A stretch of DNA of 62,463 nucleotides, the filler included, from Catajapyx aquilonaris (Eukaryota), in NCBI GenBank assembly GCA_000934665.2. It is 4 parts of 4 records of this genome, joined end to end, with 100 filler letters (N's around TTAATTAATTAA, not from the genome) between each part and the next. Parts side by side here need not be neighbours in the genome. Positions count along the whole stretch, not along the records: positions 47,023 to 62,463 come from JYFJ02007496.1; 3 more parts are not named here. The stretch is one strand, 5' to 3'. Positions 49,916-62,334 of the stretch are shown piece by piece (within the stretch, counting starts at the first letter, position 1; each line of letters starts with the position of its first letter). Below the pieces are notes generated by a model. It saw only the letters and a list, made by a program, of their open reading frames with translations. It was not told the DNA's origin and did not search any database. A program made the translations under genes and the position numbers.

Positions 49916-52900
49916 CCCCTCCCCTCCCCAACACAGCTCCTAGTAATTCAGAACATGCAACATCAGTCCATTAGTGGGGACAAAATGTCTCCTGAATGAA
50001 GTTACAGGTCATGTGAACCACTGCTTTCAGCAACAATCAAGTAGGGATCTGCGAATTTAAGACCTGCTTCTCATAACACAAACTCGAGAATCAACCAAGC
50101 CTGGATCTCCCTCCCCCTCCCTCCTTCCCCCCTGAGAACTTGCTTCCCCCAGTGACAGCCAGTGTTCATAGTGAGAATAATCTCCACAAATTAATAATTG
50201 CAAATATTAATGGCAAGTCCCAAAAAAAAGTCTGCTGTGGTCATCAACAGGCCCTGAAGTCAGTAGAAGACAGTGGTAATTATTAGACCTTGGATGACTG
50301 CATAACTAGTGCAAGTGGTAGTAGACTCTCAATACATTTTCCATGTTCTTCCTTGCTCTTACACAACATGGGGAACAACTTGAAATATAGCCAATTTCCT
50401 TTGCAATTTCTTTGCAAATGGTTAAGCTCCTTCCAAGTTGTGAAGGGAAGACACTTGGTCATTTGTCCCTTCTTTAAACCCACTTCTGTGACTCCTAGAA
50501 AATTATCGCAGTAACAAACTAATGTGCAGTTAATGTCCAGTGAACATCATTTCTGTACATTTCCATTGTACTCTGTTCACTGAACACTCATTATGTCTCA
50601 TCTCTTCACATTCACAAATTGTTACATTTTAATACATATCAATGTAACAACAACAACAACAACATCACCACCATCACGACATTTCCCTATAAGGGGTAGT
50701 CAGCGATGACGGGAGCCACAAGCTAACCCAAAATATTAACAAACTTAAAACTTGCAAAAATAAACCTATAAACAACCCGTCCCGCCCCCCACCCCTGCCC
50801 ATCTCAGACGACAAACACTCAATATTAAATTTAAATATTACACTACACAGCGTGGTACTTGAGAAATCAAGTGCCCCCCCCCCGAAAGAGGAATCAGCAA
50901 CTGTTAAACACCTCCAAGTGACTAGAATAATCTCCTCCAAATGACCAGAACAGCACCCACAACAATCAATGTACTGATTATAATCACTGAATTTATCTTC
51001 TTACCTACTGTTATGCTACATATTAGGGTCATTCCCACGTGCCACAAAATCTCGATCTTGAACCACGTTTCTGAGGGGGAAAATCAGGATCGTTTGGTGA
51101 CTGTTTCGTGTTTTCGTGATTTTCGGTAGATTGGTCTGGAACCACGCCCTCCCGCATGGCGAAAAAATGACTCGCTTCGGCTCCTGGCCAAAGGCACGGG
51201 TGACTCTACGATAGGCCTGGCTTTAATAGCATGGAGGCATGCTATCTTCATTATTACACAGGTCCTGGCTGCCCGCAGAGCGAGGGGGCAGACGGGGCCA
51301 AGCAGAGAGCCGCCATGTTGCCCGGCTAAGACCCGGTCCGGAGGGGGGAGTGACGTCAGGATCGCGACTCGAAAGCTGGCAGCCAACTTCCTCAAGCTCG
51401 TTGCCACAGTCACCTTCGTAAACGCGTTCAGGTGGAGGACGGGCATGTGGGAACACCCCAATCGCGTTTTTCGGGGGTAAGGATCAGGATCCCTGTGGCA
51501 CGTGGGAATGACCCTATTAACGACATTCAAAGGACATTGATAAATCGATAAAAAGGCAATGTCAAGTACCGGTACTGAACATTTCCTTGATGTTCACAGA
51601 ACATTTGTTTTACTAGAGTCTGTTGAGACCCAAGCTCTGGAGTATCTTGAACAACTTCAATGGTAAAATGAGTTACTATAAGTAATAAACTCAGACATGG
51701 AATAGACAGGTGGAATAGGTGGTCTGCAAAAGTATCCAGAGATTCTTCTGGGCTTATACTAAATTTATTACTAGTCAGCATTTTTTGTGTGCACCTTATT
51801 TCATTAACAAGATCGCAGAATTTTGTAGAATCTCACCTGAATACGGGCATCAAAAGAATTTGAAAGCAACTTTTTGTTCAGTAAATCCTGATCTGATTGA
51901 GCCACATTAGTATTGGGTGACACATAAAGTTTTCGTAATGTCATGTTGTCCTTCAACATTTTGAAAAGAGCCAATACTGCATTACAACCTAGGTTGCACT
52001 TCTGCAAATTTAGAGCTGGAAAAAATTTTGCGATTTACTAATGGAACTGCAAATGTCACACTATGCTACCACAGTACTTACAGTTGAGCCAGATGTCATT
52101 TTTTAAAACCTCCGCAATAGGTTTCACTCCTGAATTTCCTAAGGGATTTCCACTAAGATCCAATGATTGTAAGCCACTGTAGTTGTCCAGGTTGGGCCGC
52201 CTATGGCGCAAGGTTGTTTCCCACAGTTCTTCACCACGTAATATACGTTGACGCTGTAAATGATGGCCGCTTACAATAATGCTCTGAGGGATTCTGATAG
52301 CTACCTTGCACATACCTCGATGTAGCCTGCCAGTTTCTGGGCACCTTCTGGAGTAATTCCACATGAAACGAGCCCGATGTAGGTGATGTTGCGCTTTCCA
52401 CCAAGTTTTTCACACATCAATCGGCAAGCTTCATCACCAAAGTTGCCATTAGAAATAGCCAAACACTGCAGAGAACTGTTCGCTTGCAAACCCTGAAAGA
52501 CCATTGTTGACCTTGAATTAGTTTACAGGATAATTCCACTGAATTTCAAGCACTGAACAATACACCAGATTCAACCTCACTGAATTCTGCTCGCATTGTC
52601 AGTGTTCCATAGGAAACCTACATATGAAGCTTGGCTATTGACTGCATCATGATGGAATACACCAACATATACTGTTAATACATCATTTTGTTAAGATATG
52701 CCTAGGTTAGTCCATAGACACTTTCAGCACAGGATATGCCATCACCTTATGCATGAAGCAAGGCAAGTAGACAATCATTATCATCACAGTTTGGTCCCAC
52801 TTTCACAATGAGCAGCTAAATACAGGGTCATCGAAAAAGAGCGACACAAGGAGGAAGGAGCTCATTTCGAAACAAACGATGGTAGGCCCAAAACTTTAGA

Positions 52901-55900
52901 CATTTCTTAACATTTCACAACTTAAATCATGAAGCTATCTCTACAAGTTTTCGAGTTACAGTATAGGGTTTTTAAAGTGGGAAATTCATTTTCGATGACT
53001 CTGTATATCAGAGTCTGTGTCTGAAAGCCAGACAGATCAATTTGCAAGTTGAACTCTAAAAATATGGCTAATAATATGGAATTTGGCTTTGCAATTCCCT
53101 TTTCTAGAGAGTGCGAGATAAAAGTATGAATGACAGGTGCAGGTCAAAGTTGGTTATCAGCCAATTGACAGCACCACCACTTGGGAAGTGAGGTGGCAAG
53201 AGTCCCATCCCAGTTCATCTGGCAACTTCCTCCAGCGCGTCTTCCAGTAGGTCCATAAACAAGCAAGATAGGCCTTTCAAATGGCCTCATGTATTTGGAA
53301 AGAGCAGAAAGTTTCCAACATTCCAAGTGGTAGTGCTAGTTGCCCCCAGCTTATTGGGATCAACAAAAAGATACCACTTTGCAGCTTCTCTAGCACTGGG
53401 TTTCCCATTCGGTCCGGAAAAAATTTATTGCATCATATTGGAGATTATATTGTCGCTTGGTTTTTAAAGTCCAACCTGCAAATTGATCACGCTCCTTTAA
53501 AAATTGTGTGTAAGGTATATTAAATGATCATTTGACAAGAAAAGAAATATTGCTTTTTTTTTTTGCAAGAACTCATATGAAAATTACAGGGTGTTCCAGA
53601 ATCGTGGGTGACTTTTGATAACTAATATTGCCCAATAGCAGTTATTTTTTGTAGCTTGTTGTGCCCCTAACCATGTGCTCCATTCTATAGCACCTGCTAT
53701 ATTCATCTTCAAGAGGGCACACCCTTCACATTCGGGCTATAGTCATTGGGCACCACCGGATGAGGGTGGTGGCAATGTTGCGCGGGTCAATTGTGGAAGG
53801 GTCATCGCCTCATCTCATGTGTAATGTGAGATTGTAGCAGAACTTATCACGGTAAGTGTGGACAGAATTTGAGAAATTAAATTTATGAAACTGTTACGTA
53901 GGGATATGCTAGAGAAAACATGTTCATTAAGCCTGTGGCTGCTTTGATAGAGGCCAGACCCTGCCTTTTAACAACTATAAAATATCGCGTTTTTCTCGGA
54001 ATAATTTATCTCAAATCATTGCGTAAATCAGCTAGTGGCAGGAGATTAATTTCCAAACTGACGTAATAATATCCAGGAGGTCGCAGCAGAGAAAAAATCG
54101 GAGCTTGTAGACAGACTATATAAATCTGTAAATACCTGTATAAATCTGTAAATAATACGCTGCACTCCCGATTATCTGGGCTAATGACTGCACAGGTGTC
54201 GCCGGATAATCGGGATACACAAATAATCAGGAAATGGCCCTAGAAACTGTAAAAAAAAAATGAGCTATTCACAGGTTTTTAATGCACTACTGTACAGAGA
54301 ATGTGCTGCTTATTGGTTGAATCAAAATAACTTAATAATAATAATAATATAATAATAATTCATACCGCGTTATCAGCCTATCGGCACTTTAGGGGGGAAG
54401 TGTTTGTTTTGCCTGGAACTCTTTGCTTTCATTTTACTGCGCTTTTTGGGACAGGATAGGGACGGAAGGAAGCAGCTGTGGCCTATTAATTACGGAAACA
54501 ACTCCGGAATTTTCCTGGAAGGACCGTGGGAAGCCACAGAAAACCACGGTCAGAGTTGCCGGCCCCGGGATTTGATCCCAGGACCTCCCGATTAGCAGTC
54601 GGACACCATATCCCCTACTTACCATAATTATATTCTTTTTCCTTGCCTTCTAGATAAAGTCTTTCATATTTCTTAGTTGGCGAGACATATTGACAGTGGG
54701 TCGAATTTTTGTCTAACTGATAGTTACGGTACTGCTAAGTTAGCAGTATCTAGCAGTGAGACAAAAATTCGACCCATTTTTTCGGACTTTAATTTGTAAT
54801 GTTTTTTTTGGCAATGCACGGATAATCCGCACCGGATAATTGGGAGTACAGTGTAATTAATTAGGTAATATTTACTTCCGTAGTGCCGCTTCAGATCGGG
54901 GACTTCAGAACCTCCCAACCCAGAATTGTGTACAGTACAGTAGACCTATGTCCACAAACTGACAACCGATCACCAGAGTGCCCCGTTATTATTTATAATT
55001 TTAAAAATAATATATAATAATGACAAAATTAGATACCATATATGATAACATGTAATAAAATATGTGCAGTATAATAGCGGCATGTATTATATAATAGAGT
55101 GTGTGTATAATATGCTACAATATGTTATATAATATAATAATGGATACCCCTCGTGATAGACCTCCTTGGGCCTCTAAGGGGATCGGATCATCTTTTTATG
55201 AACTGTCTTGAATCATTGCCTGCGCTGTGATGGATTTTGATTGTGGGAGGAAACGGGAGAACCCTAGGAAAATCCACACGAACATGGAGAGAACCCATTG
55301 AAACTCTATCCACATACTGTATTACCTCACTTAAAGCGGCATGCAGGTGTAGTCAAGGTCAACCAGTGTTTAGAAATGCACGATCTGGTGACTGTACCGG
55401 CATGCCAGTTTAAGTGAGGTATGCTGGTATAAGGCAAGGTTTTTAAGCACAGCATTATCACAATCTCTGTGAAAATTATTATTACTCAAATGAATGCATT
55501 ACATGTTCTATGGTGCAGATACAGCCCAGGACATTAGTGCCTGACACATCCCATAAGACCGTTCAAGTTCTTTCACGGCAACATTTTCAATTAAAAGGGC
55601 AGGGCTGCAAAAAGGGATGCATACAGTCTATCATGATATTTCACACATTGGGTTTGGATTTTATTATCTGAGTAACGAGGCTTCTCAGACAATTTGATAC
55701 CACTACGCAGAGTGATCCTCTGATTGCCAACGAGATCTGTGATGAGCGAACTATTGAGCAAAAGGAAGGATTGAAGGAATTTGCTTCGAGCCTTTGTAAG
55801 GTTTAGGGGGGTTCCCCTCTTAGAAAAGGCTGAATATGGAATTGGTCACACTCTATGCCATGTGCCACAGACGAACTTGCATATTCTCACAGCCCTGTAG

Positions 55901-56661
55901 GCCTGTACTCGTACATTTTCCACTGTAACATTATTTTAGTACAGTACCAGATGCATTCCGAAAATTTTGACAGGGGTCAAAATATTATGGAAATCTTCCT
56001 CAGTTATTGCGGCATGCCGGCCACCCCCGGGTTATGCTGGTCAACCTCATCTTATACCGGAATGCCGCTTTAAGTGAGGTAAAACGGTAAGTATCCGCTG
56101 TCCAACCCGGGGATCGAACTCGGGACCTCAGAGGTGGAAGGCCACGGCGCTAACCACTACGCCACAGTGTCGCCCTTATGTTATATAATATATTCATATG
56201 ATAATTATTTATATTATAAGTGTATATTATTCTCTAAATAATGCTAACAAAGAGGCCCGGTGATCCATACATTCAATACATTTCTTTAAAACCATATAAT
56301 AATTTAGAACATGAATATAGTTATCAAGTTATTTTGATAACGTAAACAATTAACTGAATTGTGTCTCGTATTAAAAGCTGGTACGGAAGCAGTTTGGAGG
56401 AGGGGATATGGTGTCTGACTGCTAATCGGGAGGTCCTGGGATCAAATCCCGGGGCCGGCAACTCTGACCGTGGTTTTTTGTGGTTTCCCACAATCCTTCC
56501 AGGAAAATTCCGGAGTTGTTTCCGTAATTAATAGGCCACAGCCGCTTTCTTCCATCCCTATCCTATCCCAAAGAGCACAGTAAAATGAAAGCAAAGAGTT
56601 CCAGGCAAAACAAACTTCCCCCCTAAAGAGCCGATGGCTGATAATGGGGTATAAATTATTA

Positions 56662-56717
<56 letters not shown>

Positions 56718-59700
56718 AAACTGGTATGAAACATGACTGTACATGTGCTTTATTTTTTTTAAGCATGTAGTTCTCCAGCCGATTATATTGTGAGCAAGCA
56801 ATAGTTAAAGCTAAGCCCAATTTACTTGAAAGTGTAATAAATTATAATATTGTTTCCTGTGATACTGATCTATATTATCACGTGACACTATTAATTTGTT
56901 GCACAATTAAATAATTTTGTGCTACAAGTTACAGAAATGAGGTGTTCACGAGAAAAATGTCTTCCTAGGATAATTTCTTGCAGGCTGCAAGCAGTGAAAT
57001 ATAAACAACAGGCATTAATGTCCTTAATATTTGAGGAAAACACACCTAAAATATAGATGACATATTACTATAGCACTCACTTTCATGTCTAGATTTTCAC
57101 TCAGAAAAAATGGGGGTTTAACATATCTGTTTCCTAGTTAACCCTTAACTACTTAGGTGGAACCAGCCCTGTGACACTCCTCGAATACAGTATATCTGTG
57201 TCCCATGGTTCGCTAAGCTGCCATCTTGTTCAAGGTGCAACTCCTGTGGTAGATAGTGGGTAGTCTGCCGCGATTGGCTTGATCTTTCTTTCCTTCCGCA
57301 GGCTTACATTTGAGTGCACCTTGAAAAAGATGGCAGATAGCGAACGCTGTAGTTTGAGGACCATCTGAAATTATGACCACTGCTACTACTGCTTTTTCAC
57401 AGAAATTCAGTCTGCCCCAGTGCATTCATTTCTGGATTAGAATGCCACCCAATCATATCAGTCTAGCACTGACCCTTGAGATGGTAAAGAGACAGCATGT
57501 GACACAATCTACTTAACCCTCAGTATGAAACCTCATTTAGCCATGCTTAACTTGAAACGTGTGGTCCTTTTTGGACCCCACGTCGTCTTTATACTATAAA
57601 CTTACAGCAAAAGTAAAAATATTTCTGACTCCTAAATTCAGTCTGCATTATAAGTGACATGTTCAAAAAAAAAAAATCTCCTATGACACTTGGTTGACTC
57701 ATGAGGCGCAGTTCATTGTTGACCTGTAGTCTTTCTTGATATGTACTATCACCAGCAAAAAGAATGGCATACCTTCTTTTGTTTTTCTGTGTTTATGTGT
57801 TGGCTATCCTGGCGCTGCCAGGTAACCGTGGTTGATTAGTTTGCGAGATTTCGGAATCCACAACACCGTGATCACCGGTCACTGTCCCATGGCCGCACGG
57901 GCCGGGTCTCGGGAGGCGGGCGGGGCGGGGGTGGGAGGTGCGTTGCGTTGTCTGGTGAGGGTGAAACGGTGTTTATTTGGGGGTGATGGGGAGAAGTGAA
58001 AGGCGGACGAGGCAGTGGCCACGACCCGGACAACACTCCCCCGAGGCGTCGAGGCAAAATTATATAAATAATGCACTTTTTCCAACTTTTCGGGGGGGAA
58101 ATAATATTTTCGTTTGATATGCTGCAATCCGGGTTCAAGTGACCCTACCAACCACCAAAATATACGTTCCTATAATGAATTTATTCTCCTCTTTCTAGGA
58201 CACTACGCCAATTGTCTCGAATTTCAACAGGAAACGTGTTGGGCCGTTGGTATTTTTTTGTGCTTGTCCGGTCGGGAACGCGTACGAATCGTATGATCAT
58301 CGCGGCTTGAAATATTATTATACCGAATGTCGGCTTAGAAAAAAATATCGTGAAATAGCGAGGGGGAAATACTGTCGGAGTGTCGGGTGCGCATTAATAC
58401 CACCCCTTGCACAAAGGCATATTGGGAAATCGTCATGAAGAATAAGTTAGTCAGGCATTCATCATTCATGTGTACTAACACTATACTTGAGTCGCCGGAC
58501 AAAACGTCACATATCCATCCGAGGGCGAAAATGGGATTTTGGTACTAAAATATTGTTCACCTTCCAATGCATAGTTACAGAAACTCCCGTGTTTCAAAGA
58601 GACACAGAAACCATTTTGTTTTCAGCATGAAAAATGAGTGGTGGAGCAAAATGTCACGCTTTCTCTTACTGCTGTGGGACATAGTGACACATATCCCAAA
58701 TGGCCAATCATGGAGAGTGAGCGTGTCAACATGGCAGCGCCCATGGCTTGATTCTTGTCATTCTCTATTGGTACTGCAACTGTGTAACCATGTCCAAGTA
58801 TATGTGAGGCTCCTGGTAGCTATTGCAGAAATCACTCCCTGGCGGAAAATTTGTCTCCGTGAATATGTGACGTTCTGACCGGCGACTCCACATGTTGTAG
58901 ATTGCACCAGAAAAATACAATGAAAGTGCTTGTTTGGCTTCGTAAATGAAATGGAGCATAATTCTGTAATGTTCTACGTGCCTATTGCAGCTTTTTAATC
59001 GCGTCCGCCAGATATTGGACAGATTTTTAAAGTCCTTCTTCACCGATGCGTTGATTCGTAAATCATCGTACAATTCCCATTGGCCGTCAAAGCGACGCGA
59101 CGGCAGCTAGTTCACCATAATTAGGCCTATGTGTTCTAAGGGTGTGGGAATCGTACGATGATTTACGAATCAACGCAACGGTGAAGAAGGACTTTGAAAT
59201 TTTTTGCTCCACCACTCATTTTTCATGCTGAAAACAAAATGGTTTCTGTGTCGCTTTGAAACACGGGAGGGAGTTTCTGTAACTATGCATTGGAAGGTGA
59301 ACAATATTTTAGTACCAAAATCTCATTTTCGCCCGCGGATGGATATGTGACGTTTTGTCCGGCGACTCAAGAATGATGAATGCCTGACTAACTTATTCTT
59401 CATGACGATTTCCCAATATGCCTTTGTGCAAGGGGTGGTATTAATGCCAGGGTGCCAGTGTGCAGCATTTAGTGACAATCATCAATCTGACCCCCTGTTT
59501 TGGTCCATATAGCGTCTTGAACCTGCTGGCTATGCATCAATTATTCATTGGAAAGTGCGAAAGACGATATGCAAATAAATGCTACAGATGAACAAGGGAC
59601 CCGGAATCCGCCAGAAAATGCCCCCTCCTTGCGCACCCGACACTCCGACAGTATTTTCCCCTCGCTATTTCACGATATTTTTTTCTAAGCCGACATTCGG

Positions 59701-60906
59701 TATAATAATATTTCAAAGCCGCGATGATCATACGATTCGTACGCGTTCCCGACCGGACAAGCACAAAAAAAAAAAACCAACGGCCCAACACGTTTCCTGT
59801 TGCAATTCGAGACAATTGGCGGAGTGTCCTAGAAAGAGGAGAATAAATTCATTATAGGAACGTATATTTTGGTGGTTGATAGGGTCACTTGAACCCGGAT
59901 GGCAGCATATCAAACGAAAATATTATTTCCCCCCCGAAAAGTCGGAAAAAGTGCATTATTTATATAGTTTTGCCTCGACGCCTCGGGGGAGTGTTGCCCG
60001 GGTCGTGGCCACTGCCTCGTCCGCCTTTCACTTCTCCCCATCACCCCCAAATAAACACCGTTTCACCCTCACCAGACAACGCAACGCACCTCCCACCCCC
60101 GCCCCGCCCGCCTCCCGAGACCCGGACCGTGCGGCCATGGGACCGTGACCGGTGATCACGGTGTTGTGGATTCCGAAATCTCGCAAACTAATCAACCACG
60201 GTTACCTGGCAGCGCCAGGATAGCCAACACATAAACACAGAAAAACAAAAGAAGGTATGCCATTCTTTTTGCTGGTGATAGTACATAAAAATCAGGAGAT
60301 TGGAATAAATACTCTATATTTTTCAATTACGGGAAGGGTTGATCACTAAATGAACTACATGGGTCATGTTGCTTTTCATTTTGCGATGATCCATGACAGG
60401 TGATGAATTTGCTTGGGTGATTAGGGTAAGAAAAAAACTGGCCGCTAACTTGAAACGTGGGGTCCTTTTTGGACCCCAAGACGACTAGCGAGCGTATAAA
60501 TGACGTCAACTCGCTTTAATTTTTTTTTCGGCGATCATAAATTTTTTTCAGGTATGAAAGAGTACATTTAAGGAATACAGGTGTCGGATTATTCATTTTG
60601 ACAAAAGCTTGCCTCAGGGTGGTGGCATAAGTATACCCTGGGGTCCAAAAAGGACCCCACGTTTCAAGTTAAGGGTTAATTATACCATCCGATACTTGAA
60701 TTATTAAAATCTCACCTCAAATAATACTTCCAGATGGATGCCATTGAACTGGAAGCCACTCAACTCCAGATGAGTAAGACACGTGGTGAGCCTGAGGCTC
60801 GATGCTTGTGACTGGACATATGCCTTTATCACATTGTCATACTTAAGGCTGTCTTCCTTGGGAATTCTGACAGGAACACGTCTCTTGAAATTGATGAAGT
60901 ACTGGC
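47467..60906 (-). CDS. CEP78: CEP78-like LRR centriolar protein (first exon not found in the window; 3' end uncertain)
   Basis: Exons 60906-60716 (RRVP...LELSG...VLFE), 52492-52316 (GLQANSSL...), 52253-52082 (EELWETTLRHRRPNLDNYSGL...NDIWL; compare CEP78 EETWAESLRYRRPDLD..GL...EDLWL), 52015-51837, unresolved exon(s) at ~51570-51760, then in-phase exons 50494-50289, 49786-49710, 49654-49535, 49452-49228, 49170-48871, 48812-48336, 48277-47801, 47742-47467. Confidence 0.82.
47545..49135. repeat. 535-bp tandem repeat, ~3 copies, inside the CEP78-like gene
   Basis: Identical landmarks at 47742, 48277 and 48812. Only scattered substitutions between units. Confidence 0.97.
49863..49912. repeat. (CT)n microsatellite
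   Basis: Pure dinucleotide run. A shorter one lies at 23500-23528. Confidence 0.95.
51025..51515. mobile_element. MITE with 3-bp ATT target-site duplication (PIF/Harbinger-like)
   Basis: TIR AGGGTCATTCCCACGTGCCACA at both ends, ATT on both flanks. Confidence 0.85.
52823..53003. mobile_element. Tc1-type MITE
   Basis: TA-CAGGGTCATCGAAAA ... TTTTCGATGACTCTG-TA. Confidence 0.75.
54158..54852. mobile_element. Tigger/pogo-like MITE interrupted by a SINE and a small hairpin element
   Basis: CTGCACTCCCGATTATCTGG ... CCGGATAATTGGGAGTACAG. Internal hairpin TGGGTCGAATTTTTGTCT...AGACAAAAATTCGACCCA at 54697-54776. Confidence 0.6.
54334..54625 (-). mobile_element. tRNA-derived SINE, copy A
   Basis: B-box-like GGATCAAATCC, central GGTTTTCTGTGGCTTCCC...CCAGGAAAATTCCGG...AGGCCACAGC block resembling Lm1-type arthropod SINEs, and an (ATT)n tail. 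Confidence 0.8.
55137..56175 (-). mobile_element. tRNA-derived SINE (second family) split by a DNA transposon
   Basis: Head GGGCGACACTGTGGCGTAGTGG...GAGTTCGATCC at 56175-56090, body at 55314-55141, and a 16-bp TSD TATGTTATATAATATA (55121-55136 / 56177-56192). Confidence 0.8.
55317..56087. mobile_element. pogo/Tigger-type non-autonomous element nested in the SINE
   Basis: TA-CTGTATTACCTCACTTAAAGCGGCAT ... ATGCCGCTTTAAGTGAGGTAAAACGG-TA. Confidence 0.82.
56395..56716 (+). mobile_element. tRNA-derived SINE, copy B (same family as 54334-54625)
   Basis: Reverse-complement homolog of copy A, with a long (ATT)n tail. Confidence 0.82.
57517..60675. mobile_element. piggyBac-like non-autonomous element containing a large internal palindrome
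   Basis: Right end GGGGTCCAAAAAGGACCCCACGTTTCAAGTTAAGGG-TTAA. Left end TTAA-CCCT[27-bp insert]TAACTTGAAACGTGTGGTCCTTTTTGGACCCC. An extra TIR copy sits at ~60446. Internal arms 57740-59079 / 59145-60287. Confidence 0.78.
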
Positions 60907-61329
60907 CTGAAATATTCCAGAGAGAATATAGACTCACACACACTCTACTCAAGTTCATATACAATATAATGTCCTAGAAAACAAGACTCAGGCAAGTCCT
61001 TATTATACACCCTGGTTATGCATTCACCTAAAGCAAATAAAGGTACCGTGCCAGATGCCCATCACGGGCGGTGCACTAACCCCTATTATTATTACTGTTT
61101 ACACTTGAATTAAATTTCTTGTCAGTCCAGCATCCGTCCCAGCCTTCTACTCGACCCTGGAAAATGTAGCCAGTGCGAGAAGAGGTGAAGAGGATGTGCA
61201 TATATTATGGATGTCATGTCGGGCCATCGGATTGTTTTGATGTGTCTATTTCATAAAAATAGTGAAAGAAGTCAGCAGGAGCCACGGGCCTTTCAGATGT
61301 GTTACATGGGCATTGTGGGGAAAGTGCTT

Positions 61330-61495
61330 CATGTCAATATTCACTTTGGAATGCAACAACTTTTCTGTAGAATTGGGCCAAATAGGACTTTGTCTAGCGA
61401 ATGAAGCCGGTGCTCATTCTCGATGAATTGGAGAACAGCGTTCGTGAGGTTCTTGGAGTTGTTCCTGTGCATTTCCTACAGCGGACCATGTGGTA
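61330..61495 (+). mobile_element. Tc1/mariner transposase C-terminal remnant
   Basis: FL*NWAK...LDELENSVREVLGVVPVHFLQR, the same region as the 2780-2915 remnant. Confidence 0.5.
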
Positions 61496-61658
61496 TACCT
61501 CAATCATATTTAGCAATGTAATACTTGCCCATCCTCAGTGCAGTTCGCCCAACCCCAATGGAGTGGTGGGGTAATAAACAAAATGAAATAAAAATCACCG
61601 TTATGATTATTATCTGAACTTTAGAATAGATAATTATGAAGGGTAACAATGGAGTTAT

Positions 61659-62334
61659 GCGGACACCAAAGTTTAAGTTGATTTGACAGTTATCAACCGA
61701 AATAAATATGATTACACCTTGGACTGTGAATTTCTGTGGGGTCTGGTAAAAATTGCTGTCATTACGTTTATAATGCAGTATATTACTTAGCAGGACATTA
61801 ATTTTAATAATGAACCTGAGGGGCCACACAAACCCAATGTCAGTATTAAAATGAAAATCAAAAAAGCTACCACGGAATTTTAAAATGTTTATAGTTCCTG
61901 GACGTTTTCTGAAATTGCTACACGTTGGTGCACGACATTTAATGGTGTTATTTATAAATAAATAAGAATGTGACGACATTGTCTATATAGACCTCAGTCC
62001 AATGTGCTATGATGAAAAATTTCAATTCAATTAATGTGAAATAGTCTTTAAAATCCATGCATTCAAAAATGTACAGAATATTCGACATCTGCAAGGCGTG
62101 ATAAACATTGTTAAAATTCTGTGGTCGTTTCTTGAAATTAATTTGAATGCTGTCACCAGGTTTGTGTGGCCGCGAAGGTTCATTATTACAATTAATGTCC
62201 TGCTAAGTAATATGCGGTATCTTAGTGGAAGCAATTTTTACGAGACCCCCACGGAAATTCATTGTCCAAGGTGTAATCATATTTACTTCAGTTGTTAACA
62301 TTACTGTCAAATCAACTTCAACTTTGGTGTCCCC
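61659..62334. mobile_element. Kolobok-like MITE with ~175-bp diverged TIRs
   Basis: 61659-61834 is an imperfect reverse complement of 62159-62334. Right end GTGTCCCC-TTAA, left end TTAT-GCGGACAC. Confidence 0.72.

Noticed and set aside
56090..56175. tRNA gene (also 12478-12555 and ~15300-15365)
   Set aside because: A/B boxes are present but there is no complete cloverleaf. At 56090-56175 a SINE body and TSD confirm a SINE head; the other two are probably SINE heads.
57213..57425. ORF with LFQ...RGRLPTIY as a possible CEP78 exon
   Set aside because: Exon 60906-60716 fills that position with better similarity and the correct phases, so the resemblance is likely chance.
58652..59073. Possible piggyBac transposase remnant in the palindrome
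   Set aside because: Only a vague SVTFCSTTH resemblance to LLLSTMH, with no catalytic motifs.
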